Positions 27,841 to 37,805 of a DNA stretch of 60,599 nucleotides are shown piece after piece (the stretch's first letter is position 1; each line of letters opens with the position of its first letter). The notes beneath the pieces are model-generated. The model worked only from the letters and a program-made list of their open reading frames with translations, made no database searches and was not told the DNA's origin. This DNA comes from a virus (taxonomy: Duplodnaviria > Caudoviricetes), in IMG/VR virus record IMGVR_UViG_3300048856_000135, positions 1-60,599 of that record, one strand, 5' to 3'. A program made the translations under genes and the position numbers.

Positions 27841-29408
27841 ATTTAAACGGCAGCATCCAGCTTCCATATAAAACACTTCAGGAATGGACCTCTTTAAATC
27901 CGATTTTAAAGATGGGCCAGGTTGCTGTTGTTGTTTTCCCGGAAGAAAAGGTCAACGTCAAGTACGGCGATGGCGTGAAACGTTTTTTACAACTGCCTTA
28001 TGCAGGTAGTATCTCCGAAGAATTTGGAGCATGGACAGATGTTCCATTTAAGTCTGCGTTCATCGTAAACGAGGCGCTGGACTTTCAGTACAAGGCAGAT
28101 TTGCTGACTACGGCAGATAAAAGCACCATTTATATCGCGGGGCAATTTGATCTAAGCCCTGACTTTACAGGTACAGAAATAACCCTTGGCATCATGCCGG
28201 TATTCTGCAGGCCAGTGAATCAGCTGAAGCGTTGGTTTGCAAGCCAGGCAACCGAGATGTTTTGGGTTTTAGAACCAACTGGCGAACTTAAGATTGTAAG
28301 TAAAGATGGCTTTAACCTTCCGGTAGTGGACGATCAGTTGAGCCAACCCTATTTCCTGAACTTGTTTTTTAAGGTGCCAACTCTTTTTACAGCTACGCGC
28401 ACAGGTAGCTTTAGTCGCTTATCATGCGACGAAAATGAAGTTGGCTCAATCGTGCACTTTAGCAAAACATATCTTGCATTCAGTTTATATGATGCGCAGG
28501 TCTTATCTCTGCAGGATCCTGACTTTGATCAGCAGGGCCAGCAATACGCAAATGATCCAATAAACGGAGGCGTTTGCGTATTCAATCCACCGCCAGTGGA
28601 ATATAGATTTACCAGATCAGCACCTTTCACCAATATCAATTGTGGTCCTGGCGGCATAGGTTCTGCAGTAACGTTTTCAAAGGAATACACCTCACTTTTG
28701 AGTGAAGCAGATGCCAAGTTCACTGCCGAGAATGATCCAGAGTTTCCCGTGCTCGGGCAAGCATTCGCGAATGATCCTGCAAATGGCGCTACCTGTACCT
28801 ACATCCCGGAAATTATTACATACACCAAAAAGCGTACAGGTGAGTTTAGCCGTAACAACTGTGGACCTGATATGAAGGGATCTGCGGTTTCCTTTAGTAA
28901 AACTTACTATTCGACCGTGAGCCAGGCTGACGCAGACCGGAAAGCAGCGAATGATACCATAAACTTTAATGCCCTTGGCCAACAGTTCGCGAATGATCCG
29001 GCAAATGGAGCCACTTGTACGTTAGAACGATACTACATCTGGGGTAAGATTTCAGAAGAAAACCTTCAAACAATAACCGGTGCCTGGTATGCTGACATCA
29101 TGCTCAGAACGTACAAAGGCTATTCTGCCACTGTCCCGCCACAAACTAGCCCAGGCAATGAGATTGCCTGCACAGCGATTGATATACGTCTTAACTACCG
29201 CACAGAAGGCACCTATCCCGCAGGACCGAATAACTATGCTGTAAACCTGAACAACAGCAAGTCAACAAGGCTTGTGGCTCCAAATACCCAAAGGTTTAAT
29301 CCAGTGTATCCAAAGCAAATTATATCACTTCCGGACGGAACGTACTTCTATGTGGCGTTTGACGGCAAAGCAAGAAACGAAATGATACTACTTCAAACAA
29401 TAAATTAA
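27837..29408 (+). CDS. Tail fibre with Mtd_N-like N-terminus and three DUF5977-like repeats
   Basis: EWTSLNPIL...KYGDG...LPY; 3x (FSRxxC...GS.V.FSK.Y...GQ..ANDP.NG..C). Confidence 0.75.
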   Translation: MNLNGSIQLPYKTLQEWTSLNPILKMGQVAVVVFPEEKVNVKYGDGVKRFLQLPYAGSISEEFGAWTDVPFKSAFIVNEALDFQYKADLLTTADKSTIYIAGQFDLSPDFTGTEITLGIMPVFCRPVNQLKRWFASQATEMFWVLEPTGELKIVSKDGFNLPVVDDQLSQPYFLNLFFKVPTLFTATRTGSFSRLSCDENEVGSIVHFSKTYLAFSLYDAQVLSLQDPDFDQQGQQYANDPINGGVCVFNPPPVEYRFTRSAPFTNINCGPGGIGSAVTFSKEYTSLLSEADAKFTAENDPEFPVLGQAFANDPANGATCTYIPEIITYTKKRTGEFSRNNCGPDMKGSAVSFSKTYYSTVSQADADRKAANDTINFNALGQQFANDPANGATCTLERYYIWGKISEENLQTITGAWYADIMLRTYKGYSATVPPQTSPGNEIACTAIDIRLNYRTEGTYPAGPNNYAVNLNNSKSTRLVAPNTQRFNPVYPKQIISLPDGTYFYVAFDGKARNEMILLQTIN

Positions 29409-29410
29409 CG

Positions 29411-29698
29411 ATGGACAGATTTGCCAGACTTACTGATATAAAGAGCGTAAAAACAACCATTGAGTTGTCCAGTACAGATCCAGTGGTAATTGGGTGGAAT
29501 AATCAGGTACCAGGTGAAGACCGGACCTACGCAGAGAAACACGGCCAGCATATTCCTGTAGTAAAAGCCGGGTATATCCAAGGCGGCCTTGTTAGCACCT
29601 ACGAACCAAATGTTCAATATTCTTTAAACGCCGGAGAAATCGATATTCTACATATTTCTGATTTATTAGACGGCACCATAATCTTAACACTTATATAA
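29411..29698 (+). CDS. Hypothetical tail-associated protein
   Basis: Tightly packed between fibre genes. Confidence 0.6.
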   Translation: MDRFARLTDIKSVKTTIELSSTDPVVIGWNNQVPGEDRTYAEKHGQHIPVVKAGYIQGGLVSTYEPNVQYSLNAGEIDILHISDLLDGTIILTLI

Positions 29699-29699
29699 A

Positions 29700-31313
29700 A
29701 TGAAAAACCAATTATTATTAATGCTCCTGTTGGTAGCCTCGGTTTCCGCTTTTTCCCAAACGCAAACAAGTCTGCCTGCAGGCAGCAAGTCTTACGGAAA
29801 TCAATTATACCTGGATCCGAATGGAAAAATCTGGGGCGGTACCGGTTCAGCCAAGTTTCGTGCGATTGACACAAAGGAAAGGGTTGATAGTCTTTTGTCT
29901 AAGAAAGCTAATGCTGGTCTTCGCTCATCTTTAGTCCCTGCCGGAGAATCTACCACATTTTCGTTGTTCAATAAGGAAATACAAGGCATGGCAACAGATA
30001 GCCAGGGCAATAATTATCTAATAGGCACGGATGCTCTCAGGAAATATAACAGTGATTTCACTTCGGTTATAGCCACGAACAGCACCCCTTTTACAGGCGT
30101 ACCACAGGGTAAGTTCAATGATGGAGATATCTATAATGGCAAATTGTACGTCCCTGCTAACGTTATTGGTGGTGGAAATTACTCAATACTTGTCTACGAC
30201 CTAAATACCTTAGAACGAATTGAGGCACATCCAGTCGAATCGCCACGCGGAAGCATTACTGCTATTACGATCGAAGATGGTATTGCCTACACCTCGGGGT
30301 ATTTAAAAGCAAATGAATTTGGTCGATACAGAGTCTCCGACTGGGCATTTTTGGGGTATACCGAGTTTGCAACCTCTAATGATATCGACATGGTGCAAGG
30401 GTGTAAAGTTGTTAATGGCACTCTTTATTTGGGCACTAATCAAGGGCTACTCTACAGTGTAAAAACAGACGGTAAAGATTTCAGGTTCTTAACTAGAACA
30501 CGGTATGTCTCAAATACCTATGCATACAATGGAATCGACTACTACAATAATCAACTCCGCGCGCTGCGAGACAGTACAGATCTAGGCCGTGCAAAAATCC
30601 TGTTTTTCAACCATTCAGTAGAGCCAGTATTAGAGAATGATAATTCAGGCAAGATCACTGTTAACGGCCTGTCGGAGCTGAAGGGAAACGCAACCCTTGG
30701 TGCAGACTTAAATGTAATGAGCCGGTCGAGGATCATGTTCCGGCAAGATCCAAGCTCTCTTAGAGAAGATTTCAGTATCCAACAACTAAACAGAGAAGAT
30801 TTTATAAGAATTGCGGACAGTACAGAGTTCCGAGGTGTATTTGTCTATAAAGGAGGAAAGGTGATAGTAGGTGGTTCATTTATGGATGAGGGCAACGGCG
30901 AGCGGTTCCAGGTCAATGGTGGCGGTGTGTTCACCAATTATCGCGTAAAGAGTTCTTCCGGTTCGGCTTACGAGCCAATGATTACCTATGGGTTTTCCAA
31001 TGGTGGAGCAAGTACCGCTTTCGCTGGCATGTATGCAACCAACAACTATCTAGCAAACTATCGTGCTGGTCTTGCGCTCTACACCGTAACTGCTGCAAAC
31101 ACAAAGTTGAAAGCTTTAGAGCTAAACTATGATGGGTCGGCAGTATTCAATAATAAAGTCACATCAGGACAATACGCTTTGTCGGCTTTGAACACGGCAC
31201 CTGCTTCAGCAACAGCGGCAGGGACAGCCGGAGAAATCCGGATCACGTCGACACATATCTATGTATGTACAGCAACCAATACGTGGGTAAGAACCCCTTT
31301 AACAACCTGGTAG
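29700..31313 (+). CDS. Tail fibre/receptor-binding-like protein with N-terminal signal peptide
   Basis: MKNQLLLMLLLVASVSAFSQ; propeller-like middle; C-terminal GTAGEIRI...IYVCTATNTWVR fibre motif. Confidence 0.65.
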   Translation: MKNQLLLMLLLVASVSAFSQTQTSLPAGSKSYGNQLYLDPNGKIWGGTGSAKFRAIDTKERVDSLLSKKANAGLRSSLVPAGESTTFSLFNKEIQGMATDSQGNNYLIGTDALRKYNSDFTSVIATNSTPFTGVPQGKFNDGDIYNGKLYVPANVIGGGNYSILVYDLNTLERIEAHPVESPRGSITAITIEDGIAYTSGYLKANEFGRYRVSDWAFLGYTEFATSNDIDMVQGCKVVNGTLYLGTNQGLLYSVKTDGKDFRFLTRTRYVSNTYAYNGIDYYNNQLRALRDSTDLGRAKILFFNHSVEPVLENDNSGKITVNGLSELKGNATLGADLNVMSRSRIMFRQDPSSLREDFSIQQLNREDFIRIADSTEFRGVFVYKGGKVIVGGSFMDEGNGERFQVNGGGVFTNYRVKSSSGSAYEPMITYGFSNGGASTAFAGMYATNNYLANYRAGLALYTVTAANTKLKALELNYDGSAVFNNKVTSGQYALSALNTAPASATAAGTAGEIRITSTHIYVCTATNTWVRTPLTTW

Positions 31314-31316
31314 ATC

Positions 31317-31658
31317 ATGGAAAAATTCTTAAATCAATTTCTTGGAACAACGGACGTTCCCACATACGCTGCAGCCCTGATCTTGGCGCTGATTGGTGCA
31401 ATACTGCAGCTGCGAATAAAGGCCACCAAACGCAACGTGCTAAGCACTGCTACGCCTGTTAAATTCTCCTTCTGGTTTATGGTACAGGACAATCTGCAGC
31501 AGTTGTTCACCGGCTTTCTGATCACGTTTGTGGTTTTAAGGTTTTCAAACGAGCTGTTAGGGCAAACGCTTACAATGTGGCTGGCCTTTCTAATCGGCAT
31601 GTTCAACAGTTCTTTTGCCGGAATAATTCAAAAATTCGAAATCAAAGCAAGGGGTTAA
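31317..31658 (+). CDS. Holin-like multi-TM protein
   Basis: Three hydrophobic segments in 113 aa. Confidence 0.6.
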   Translation: MEKFLNQFLGTTDVPTYAAALILALIGAILQLRIKATKRNVLSTATPVKFSFWFMVQDNLQQLFTGFLITFVVLRFSNELLGQTLTMWLAFLIGMFNSSFAGIIQKFEIKARG

Positions 31659-31685
31659 AGCCCCTTTGCTTTTTTAGTCACAAGC

Positions 31686-33590
31686 ATGATCCAAATCATA
31701 AACAAAGCCGGGCTTATCTTAGACTTGGAAAGCACGTCGGCAATTCCGGTAGAACTTAACAATCCCCTTTTCTCTACTGAAGACAGCTTGTTTCAGGAGG
31801 TAGTATATTCAGCGCAAACTGGCTGGACCGACAACAATAAAGCCTTTACCGGTTACGGGTACCTCATCGATGCCAGTAACAAGGTATTCGTTCAGGATGT
31901 GCAGGTGCTGATTGGCGGTAATCCGCTCTATGCTGGAACTTTCACGCATAAGAACCTGAACAATAAGCTTAGCTTCAATCTAAAGGTAAACTTCGGCTCG
32001 GTGGCACTTAAAGTTAAAAACACGATTATTCGTGATATCAGAGGCTTTGATTCTATTACTACCGAAAACACTACAGCAAAGATGGCGGCACTGATGATAA
32101 ACAGTTGCATGCATCCTGAGCAGTACCCATTTGCATTTTTTCCGGTGTTCAATGATGCATGGTCAAGCCAAACCGAAACAATTGGTATATCCTACCCTTG
32201 GATGAATAATTGGGATCATCAGGCACAAGCCTTCCACGTGGAGATGGTCAGAACCACATTCGACACCAGAAGCACCATACAGGTCCCGTTCTTTAAGCTT
32301 TCCTACATCATTAAAAAGGTGTTCGAATATCTTGAATTCAATCTTGAAGGCGAGCTGCTGGATGATCCGGAGTTCAATTCCCTATACCTGTATACCAGGC
32401 GTGCGCTTAAGGACTTTCAGATCCTTCCAAGCCTCGCATATCTGCCTGCAGAATTAACGATTTCCGATTTCCTAAAGCAGATATCCGACCGCCTAAAGAT
32501 AAATTTCACGTTTAATGTGCTTAACAATACCGTGACCATTTATAGTGCTTTTAATACGCTTCAGCAATCCCGTTGCACGGATTTATCTGCCTATGTTCAG
32601 TCAATCGATGAAATTTCCACAGATGAAGGAAAAGGCTACACGGTAACGCTAAAGGTTGACCAAGACGATGAGGCAATGAATATTGCACCGGAGGATAAGC
32701 AGGCCGCTTTTAAACCTACCTACACCCTTATTGTTGGTGGAGGGGAGAATCCTGTCGAACTACAAGTATCTACTTTGAAAAGCAAAAGTTCCGATGGTTA
32801 TGCCTATCCGGTAACCAGCCAGCGTGTGGATTTAGTCGGAGAAGAAGTAAATACGATCACCTGGCCGATTAAACTTCTTCGCTTCACCGGCATGAAGCAG
32901 CTACTATCGGGAAAGGTGTTCCCTCAAGCCGATCCGGTAGATCTCTCCGATCGTGATGCCGTTTGGTACAGATTTTTAAACGACAGCAAAAGAGTTGTGG
33001 CGATTGCAAAGGTGCCCGACACTGTTCTTCCGGATTTAACTACACTGGGCAAAATCGGATTGGTATCGCGGGAACAAACATTCACATATGCCCTTCCGAA
33101 GCAAATCAGCTACAGTTTAACGAATAGGGTTTCCGAGCGAACGCCTGTAAAAATAGATTGCCGCACCCTGGTGCACGGCTACACTACGCCGTATTCAATT
33201 AAGGCTGCCGTTTACTCGGATGAGGAAGAAAATGGCACCCAGTTTTATAAAGCATATTTCAGTGAAGCCCCTGGCATTAACAAAGTTGATTTTGAGCTCT
33301 ACTATGAAAAGAAGCGCACCGGAACAGATGCTACTACTGGCGTTCCATTTACCGAATATGCATCAATTCTCGAGAGCACAGACAAGTTCGGTGTTGGTGG
33401 ATCCAAGACCTATATTCCGCTGGCTGACACCGTAAGGCGAAGCATTGAAGAACTACGTATCCGAACTGGATTACCGAAATACATTGTGCGAAATGGTAAA
33501 CAGGTTTTCTTCATTAAGGGTGATGGATACTACTATGTCAGTATTAAGGAAGCAGCTGTGGACGGTCAGGGTGTCTGGATAGTTTTCTAA
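31686..33590 (+). CDS. Minor tail protein
   Basis: ELNNPLF, FAFFPVFN, VPFFKLSYII, LPAELTISDFL motifs. Confidence 0.65.
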   Translation: MIQIINKAGLILDLESTSAIPVELNNPLFSTEDSLFQEVVYSAQTGWTDNNKAFTGYGYLIDASNKVFVQDVQVLIGGNPLYAGTFTHKNLNNKLSFNLKVNFGSVALKVKNTIIRDIRGFDSITTENTTAKMAALMINSCMHPEQYPFAFFPVFNDAWSSQTETIGISYPWMNNWDHQAQAFHVEMVRTTFDTRSTIQVPFFKLSYIIKKVFEYLEFNLEGELLDDPEFNSLYLYTRRALKDFQILPSLAYLPAELTISDFLKQISDRLKINFTFNVLNNTVTIYSAFNTLQQSRCTDLSAYVQSIDEISTDEGKGYTVTLKVDQDDEAMNIAPEDKQAAFKPTYTLIVGGGENPVELQVSTLKSKSSDGYAYPVTSQRVDLVGEEVNTITWPIKLLRFTGMKQLLSGKVFPQADPVDLSDRDAVWYRFLNDSKRVVAIAKVPDTVLPDLTTLGKIGLVSREQTFTYALPKQISYSLTNRVSERTPVKIDCRTLVHGYTTPYSIKAAVYSDEEENGTQFYKAYFSEAPGINKVDFELYYEKKRTGTDATTGVPFTEYASILESTDKFGVGGSKTYIPLADTVRRSIEELRIRTGLPKYIVRNGKQVFFIKGDGYYYVSIKEAAVDGQGVWIVF

Positions 33591-33596
33591 GATTCC

Positions 33597-33632
33597 TGTC
33601 CTTTCCAGCGCCATCCTGAAAGGGGATTTTCG
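33597..33632 (+). promoter_or_regulatory. Putative late promoter, copy 4
   Basis: TGTCCTTT-N24-TTCG-N4-ATG(33637). Confidence 0.7.
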
Positions 33633-33636
33633 TAGA

Positions 33637-34104
33637 ATGGCAGAGAAAACATTGTTCGATCAAATTGAGATCCGCGGGTATGTCGATGGTTGGGCACGCC
33701 TGACCATCGAAACCTGGAGAAAGGAACTTCGAAAACATAAAATCGGGGTAACTGAAGAATTATATCGATCATTTACACATCAACTCAAACGCGATCGCGA
33801 AGAGCTGCTGGGCGTGATGCTGAAATTCAAGTTCTACGGTCGCTTGCGAGACATGGGTGTCGGCAAGGGCATTTCAGCACACGAGCGATTCACCAATAAG
33901 CAAAACCTTTCTGCCAATAAACTATACGGCACCAACCTTTCTGCAGTATCGCGCAAACCTGCCCGGTGGTTCAATAAACGCAAGGTTAACCAGGTACACC
34001 GCCTGCGCGAGCTGCTTGCAGTTAGAACCAATACCGCAGTGTCCAAACACGTCTCAGAGATCATGACCAACCAATCAGAATATAACATTACTTTCAATGG
34101 CTAA
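33637..34104 (+). CDS. HK97-gp10-like neck/tail completion protein
   Basis: TEELYRSF...YGRLRDMGVGKG...RKPARWFNK. Confidence 0.55.
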   Translation: MAEKTLFDQIEIRGYVDGWARLTIETWRKELRKHKIGVTEELYRSFTHQLKRDREELLGVMLKFKFYGRLRDMGVGKGISAHERFTNKQNLSANKLYGTNLSAVSRKPARWFNKRKVNQVHRLRELLAVRTNTAVSKHVSEIMTNQSEYNITFNG

Positions 34105-37100
34105 TAGAACCGATACCGAAGCAGTAGTAAAACTCGTCATCAACGGAAAGCAGGCTGACGCTTCCCTTAAAGAATTAACTGATACCCAACGAAAGCTGAA
34201 TGCTGAACTCCGGAACATGAAACCGGCAGATCCGGGCTATAAGAAAATGGAAGAGGATTGTATTGCTGTAACCCGTGCGGCAATGGAATTGCGACGCCAA
34301 CAGCAGGGCCTATCAAACGAATCGAAAGGTTTAGCACTTTCCTGGAAGGGGATTGCTGCCGGTATTGTTTCTGCTGGTCTGGTAGAAAAAGGGATTGACC
34401 TGGTAACAGGCAGTATTGGTAAAATGAAAGAAGCGCTTGGAGAAGCGAGCATGAACCGTGCGGTATTAACCAATGCACTTGGTGGTGATGCGAAAGCAGC
34501 GAACGAATCCTTGAAGATGCTGTTGAACTTTGCCGCGAAAACTCCGGAAGGTTTGCAACAGGCCACTGACGGTTTCCTGAAATTGGTAAATCGTGGTATC
34601 AAACCAGCAAGGGAAGAAATGGTGAACCTCGGTGATGTGGCTGCTTCTCAAAAGAAAAGCATGGATCAATGGATTGAAGCCATACTTGATGCTACCACTG
34701 GGGAAAATGAACGTTTAAAGGAATTCGGTATCCAAGCTAAAAAGAATGGCGATACTGTTGCTTTTTCCTTCAAGGGGGTAACCAAAGAAGTAGAAAACAC
34801 CGAAGATGCGATTTATAAGGCACTCCTTTCCTTTGGGCAAATGGATGGTGTAAAAGGGACCATGGAGGTCATGGCCAAAGAACTGAACGGTATATCTTCA
34901 AACATCGATGATACTTGGGACCAGATATTCACTAAAATGGGTCAGAAATCCGAAGGTTTTATCTACGGGTTCTACAACACATACAGCAAAGTGCTCAGTT
35001 GGATCAATGAGGATCTACTCAGTACAGAAACCAGCGCGGAAAAGCTTACCAATAAATTCAAGGAGCAAGCCGCTGAGGTGAACAACCTCGAAAAGAATGT
35101 CAATCCCCTACTGGATCGATACGATGAACTTACGGCAAAAGGGAAATTGAATAAGGATGAGCAGACTGAGATCAACAGTATCCTGAAGCAAGTTGCTAAC
35201 ACCATTCCCGGTGCGGTCACCCAGTGGAATAATTTGGGCGAAGCAATGTCATTAAACACCACGAAGGCTAGGGAGTTTGTGGATATCCAAAAGGCCCTCC
35301 TTAAAAACCAGAATAAAGATGCAATCTCTGAAGCGAGGAAAGAACTTGCCGAATTCAAAAAGATGCGCGACATGTACCAGGCACAAATTAACCGTGGTAC
35401 TGTGACTGTGAATTACCAGGGCGGTGGATCTGAGGTCAAGAAGCTTGATGATGAAGGAATCCGGTACACCCGGGAGCAGCTGATCAAGTATAGTGAGTTA
35501 GCAAAAGAACGGGAGTTGTTAATTAAAGGTTTAAACGGCGATTTTATGGACGAAATCAACAAGAAACCAACTGCTGCACCGAAAGCCAGTACCGCCCGTA
35601 CAGAAGGAGTAATAGGTAAAGAGATCGATGTACTGAAAGATCAAATGAAGGACCTGGATGTGCATTCGAAGGAATATGCAATCATTGTCGCCAAGATCAA
35701 AAAACTACAAGACGAACTTTCCGGAGCAAAGGGTAAAACCTCTGCAGGTGAGAAAACCCAGATATCGGAGCGCAAAAAAGCACTGCAGGAATTCACTCAA
35801 CTGAATAAGGAGTACGAGAAACTTGAACTCGATCGCCTGGATGATCAGCTATCCAAGAACCAGAAGGAACTCGAACAGGAAGGTCGCAAGTATGATGAAT
35901 TAATAGCCAAGGAGCGCGAGTTTCTTAAAATGAAGGGTGTTACCCCAGAGCAGAAAAAAGCTACAGAAGATAAGATTACAAAGCTTGAAGCAAACAAGAA
36001 AACTGCTGTCAATGATCTTACAGTAAGGCAGGAAGCCGAGATGAACGCTAAGATCAAGGAACTGAGATCACAACTGTCCCAGATCAAAGAACATGAGCTG
36101 CAAAAAGAACAGAACACCATTAATAAGTTCTACGATGAACAGGAAAAGCTTTTTGCCGGCAATGAGACGAAACTCTCTGAACTTAGGATTGCCAGAACAA
36201 AAGATCTTTCAGATGCTGAGATTCGAGAAAAGGAACGCCTTGAAAAAGAGAAGCAGCGTATTGAAGCGGAATATGAAACCATAGTTGGCACCAAGCCAGA
36301 ACAGAAGCTTGCCAAGATCAAAAAGCAGTACGATGATGAACTGATCGCACTTAAAGAGAAGTTTAGCAACGAACTCATTGCATCTGCCGAGTTTGAAGAG
36401 GCAAAAGCCGCCATTGCACGAAACCGGCAGGCCGCCACGCAAAATGCGGAAAAGGAAATCGCAGACAAGCAAAAGGAGAAAGATCAGAAGGTAAAAGAAA
36501 CGGCCCTCGAAAGTGCTCAGGCTGTAGCTGATGCAGTGTTTCAGATTGCGGCCAACAACCGCCAACGCGAAACCGACATCAAGCTTAATGCCCTTGATAA
36601 AGAGCGTGAGAAGGAACTCAGTCAAAAGAATCTCTCAGAAAAGCAGAAAGCGGCCATCAATAAAAAGTTCGATGCTCAGGAGAAAGCGATAAAGCTGAAA
36701 GCATGGGAAGACGAAAAGAAGGCTGCTATCGGTCAGGCCCTGATCAATGGTGCAATCGCTGTTACCAAAGCTTTGCCGAATATTCCGTTAGCCATCGCCA
36801 CCGGTGTAGCTGCAGCTGCTCAGCTTGCTGTGATCGTAGCGCAGAAACCACCTGAATTTGCCACAGGTGTCCGAAATTTCAAAGGTGGACCTGCCATCGT
36901 CGGTGAAGCCGGAACCGAGTTGATCGAAGAGCAGGGGAAATTGTGGCTTGCAGAAAAGGCTACGCTCGCAAATCTCGCACCTGGTGCTAACGTGTACAAC
37001 GCCGAGGAAACAGCATCGATGGTGAATGCTTCGCTCGGTGAAAAACTGTACACTCCAGTAAATTATTCCGTGGATTATGCCAGCGCACGTTCTGCAGAGA

Positions 37101-37339
37101 ATCAGTACCGGTCTACCAGCACCGCTCCTGCTCTACCTCCCACCTCGCCAGTTTCGACTTCTAGCAGGAATGATGGTGTCAGCACGAAGGATCAACTGGA
37201 AACGCTCAGCCGTACACTGGCCACATTTATCGAAAAGCAAAGCGCCATTAATGAACTCCCAGTTACGTTAAATTATAAGCTGGTGGAAGAAAAAGCCGAC
37301 GAGTTGAAGGCAGTAAGGCTCAGCCAAGGACAGCGATAG
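34097..37339 (+). CDS. Tape measure protein, 1080 aa
   Basis: Long coiled coil; GENERLKEFGI; hydrophobic Ala-rich segment; FATG...IVGEAGTE. Confidence 0.88.
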   Translation: MANRTDTEAVVKLVINGKQADASLKELTDTQRKLNAELRNMKPADPGYKKMEEDCIAVTRAAMELRRQQQGLSNESKGLALSWKGIAAGIVSAGLVEKGIDLVTGSIGKMKEALGEASMNRAVLTNALGGDAKAANESLKMLLNFAAKTPEGLQQATDGFLKLVNRGIKPAREEMVNLGDVAASQKKSMDQWIEAILDATTGENERLKEFGIQAKKNGDTVAFSFKGVTKEVENTEDAIYKALLSFGQMDGVKGTMEVMAKELNGISSNIDDTWDQIFTKMGQKSEGFIYGFYNTYSKVLSWINEDLLSTETSAEKLTNKFKEQAAEVNNLEKNVNPLLDRYDELTAKGKLNKDEQTEINSILKQVANTIPGAVTQWNNLGEAMSLNTTKAREFVDIQKALLKNQNKDAISEARKELAEFKKMRDMYQAQINRGTVTVNYQGGGSEVKKLDDEGIRYTREQLIKYSELAKERELLIKGLNGDFMDEINKKPTAAPKASTARTEGVIGKEIDVLKDQMKDLDVHSKEYAIIVAKIKKLQDELSGAKGKTSAGEKTQISERKKALQEFTQLNKEYEKLELDRLDDQLSKNQKELEQEGRKYDELIAKEREFLKMKGVTPEQKKATEDKITKLEANKKTAVNDLTVRQEAEMNAKIKELRSQLSQIKEHELQKEQNTINKFYDEQEKLFAGNETKLSELRIARTKDLSDAEIREKERLEKEKQRIEAEYETIVGTKPEQKLAKIKKQYDDELIALKEKFSNELIASAEFEEAKAAIARNRQAATQNAEKEIADKQKEKDQKVKETALESAQAVADAVFQIAANNRQRETDIKLNALDKEREKELSQKNLSEKQKAAINKKFDAQEKAIKLKAWEDEKKAAIGQALINGAIAVTKALPNIPLAIATGVAAAAQLAVIVAQKPPEFATGVRNFKGGPAIVGEAGTELIEEQGKLWLAEKATLANLAPGANVYNAEETASMVNASLGEKLYTPVNYSVDYASARSAENQYRSTSTAPALPPTSPVSTSSRNDGVSTKDQLETLSRTLATFIEKQSAINELPVTLNYKLVEEKADELKAVRLSQGQR

Positions 37340-37376
37340 ACTGTGTAGAAACTTATCCAAATTGTATATTAGAGAT

Positions 37377-37793
37377 ATGGAACCCATAAACCTTGTCATT
37401 GCCTTTGCTGGATTAGTTATTGCATATTTAACATACATAAAGGTATTTCAGAATGAGCCAAAGGAGGATATGCAGTATTTGCTTAATCAGGCTCAATTTG
37501 CACGCAAGTCCACGAAAGACTTGAAGGCAAAGTTAGGCCTATATGCTTTTGAAAATGATTGTTTTGCTGCCGAACTAATGCAAGGTTTAAGCTTTAGAAA
37601 GTCAATAAGAATCTTAGATAAAGCGCTTACAGATATTTTTTCCCAAGAAAATGAAGAAATTTTGAAAAAAGTTCGACTCCCAAAAAAAGAATTTGAGAAT
37701 ATGGACAGACGAATTACAGCAATGATTAACCACATTCAGGAAATAAATACATATTTCGAATTTTACATCAAGAAAGGTGATCCATTCAGTTAG
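37377..37793 (+). CDS. Membrane-anchored hypothetical protein (moron)
   Basis: AT-rich, N-terminal TM, converges on integrase; start reassigned to 37377. Confidence 0.6.
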   Translation: MEPINLVIAFAGLVIAYLTYIKVFQNEPKEDMQYLLNQAQFARKSTKDLKAKLGLYAFENDCFAAELMQGLSFRKSIRILDKALTDIFSQENEEILKKVRLPKKEFENMDRRITAMINHIQEINTYFEFYIKKGDPFS

Positions 37794-37805
37794 AACAATC
37801 AAAAA

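Noticed and set aside
27837-29408. Diversity-generating retroelement suggested by the Mtd_N-like fibre
   Set aside because: No reverse transcriptase ORF and no adenine-mismatched TR/VR pair seen; the 307-nt repeat differences are not A-specific
34167-37271. Many antisense and alternate-frame ORFs inside the tape measure and other long genes
   Set aside because: Shadow ORFs expected from codon bias; no start context or motifs
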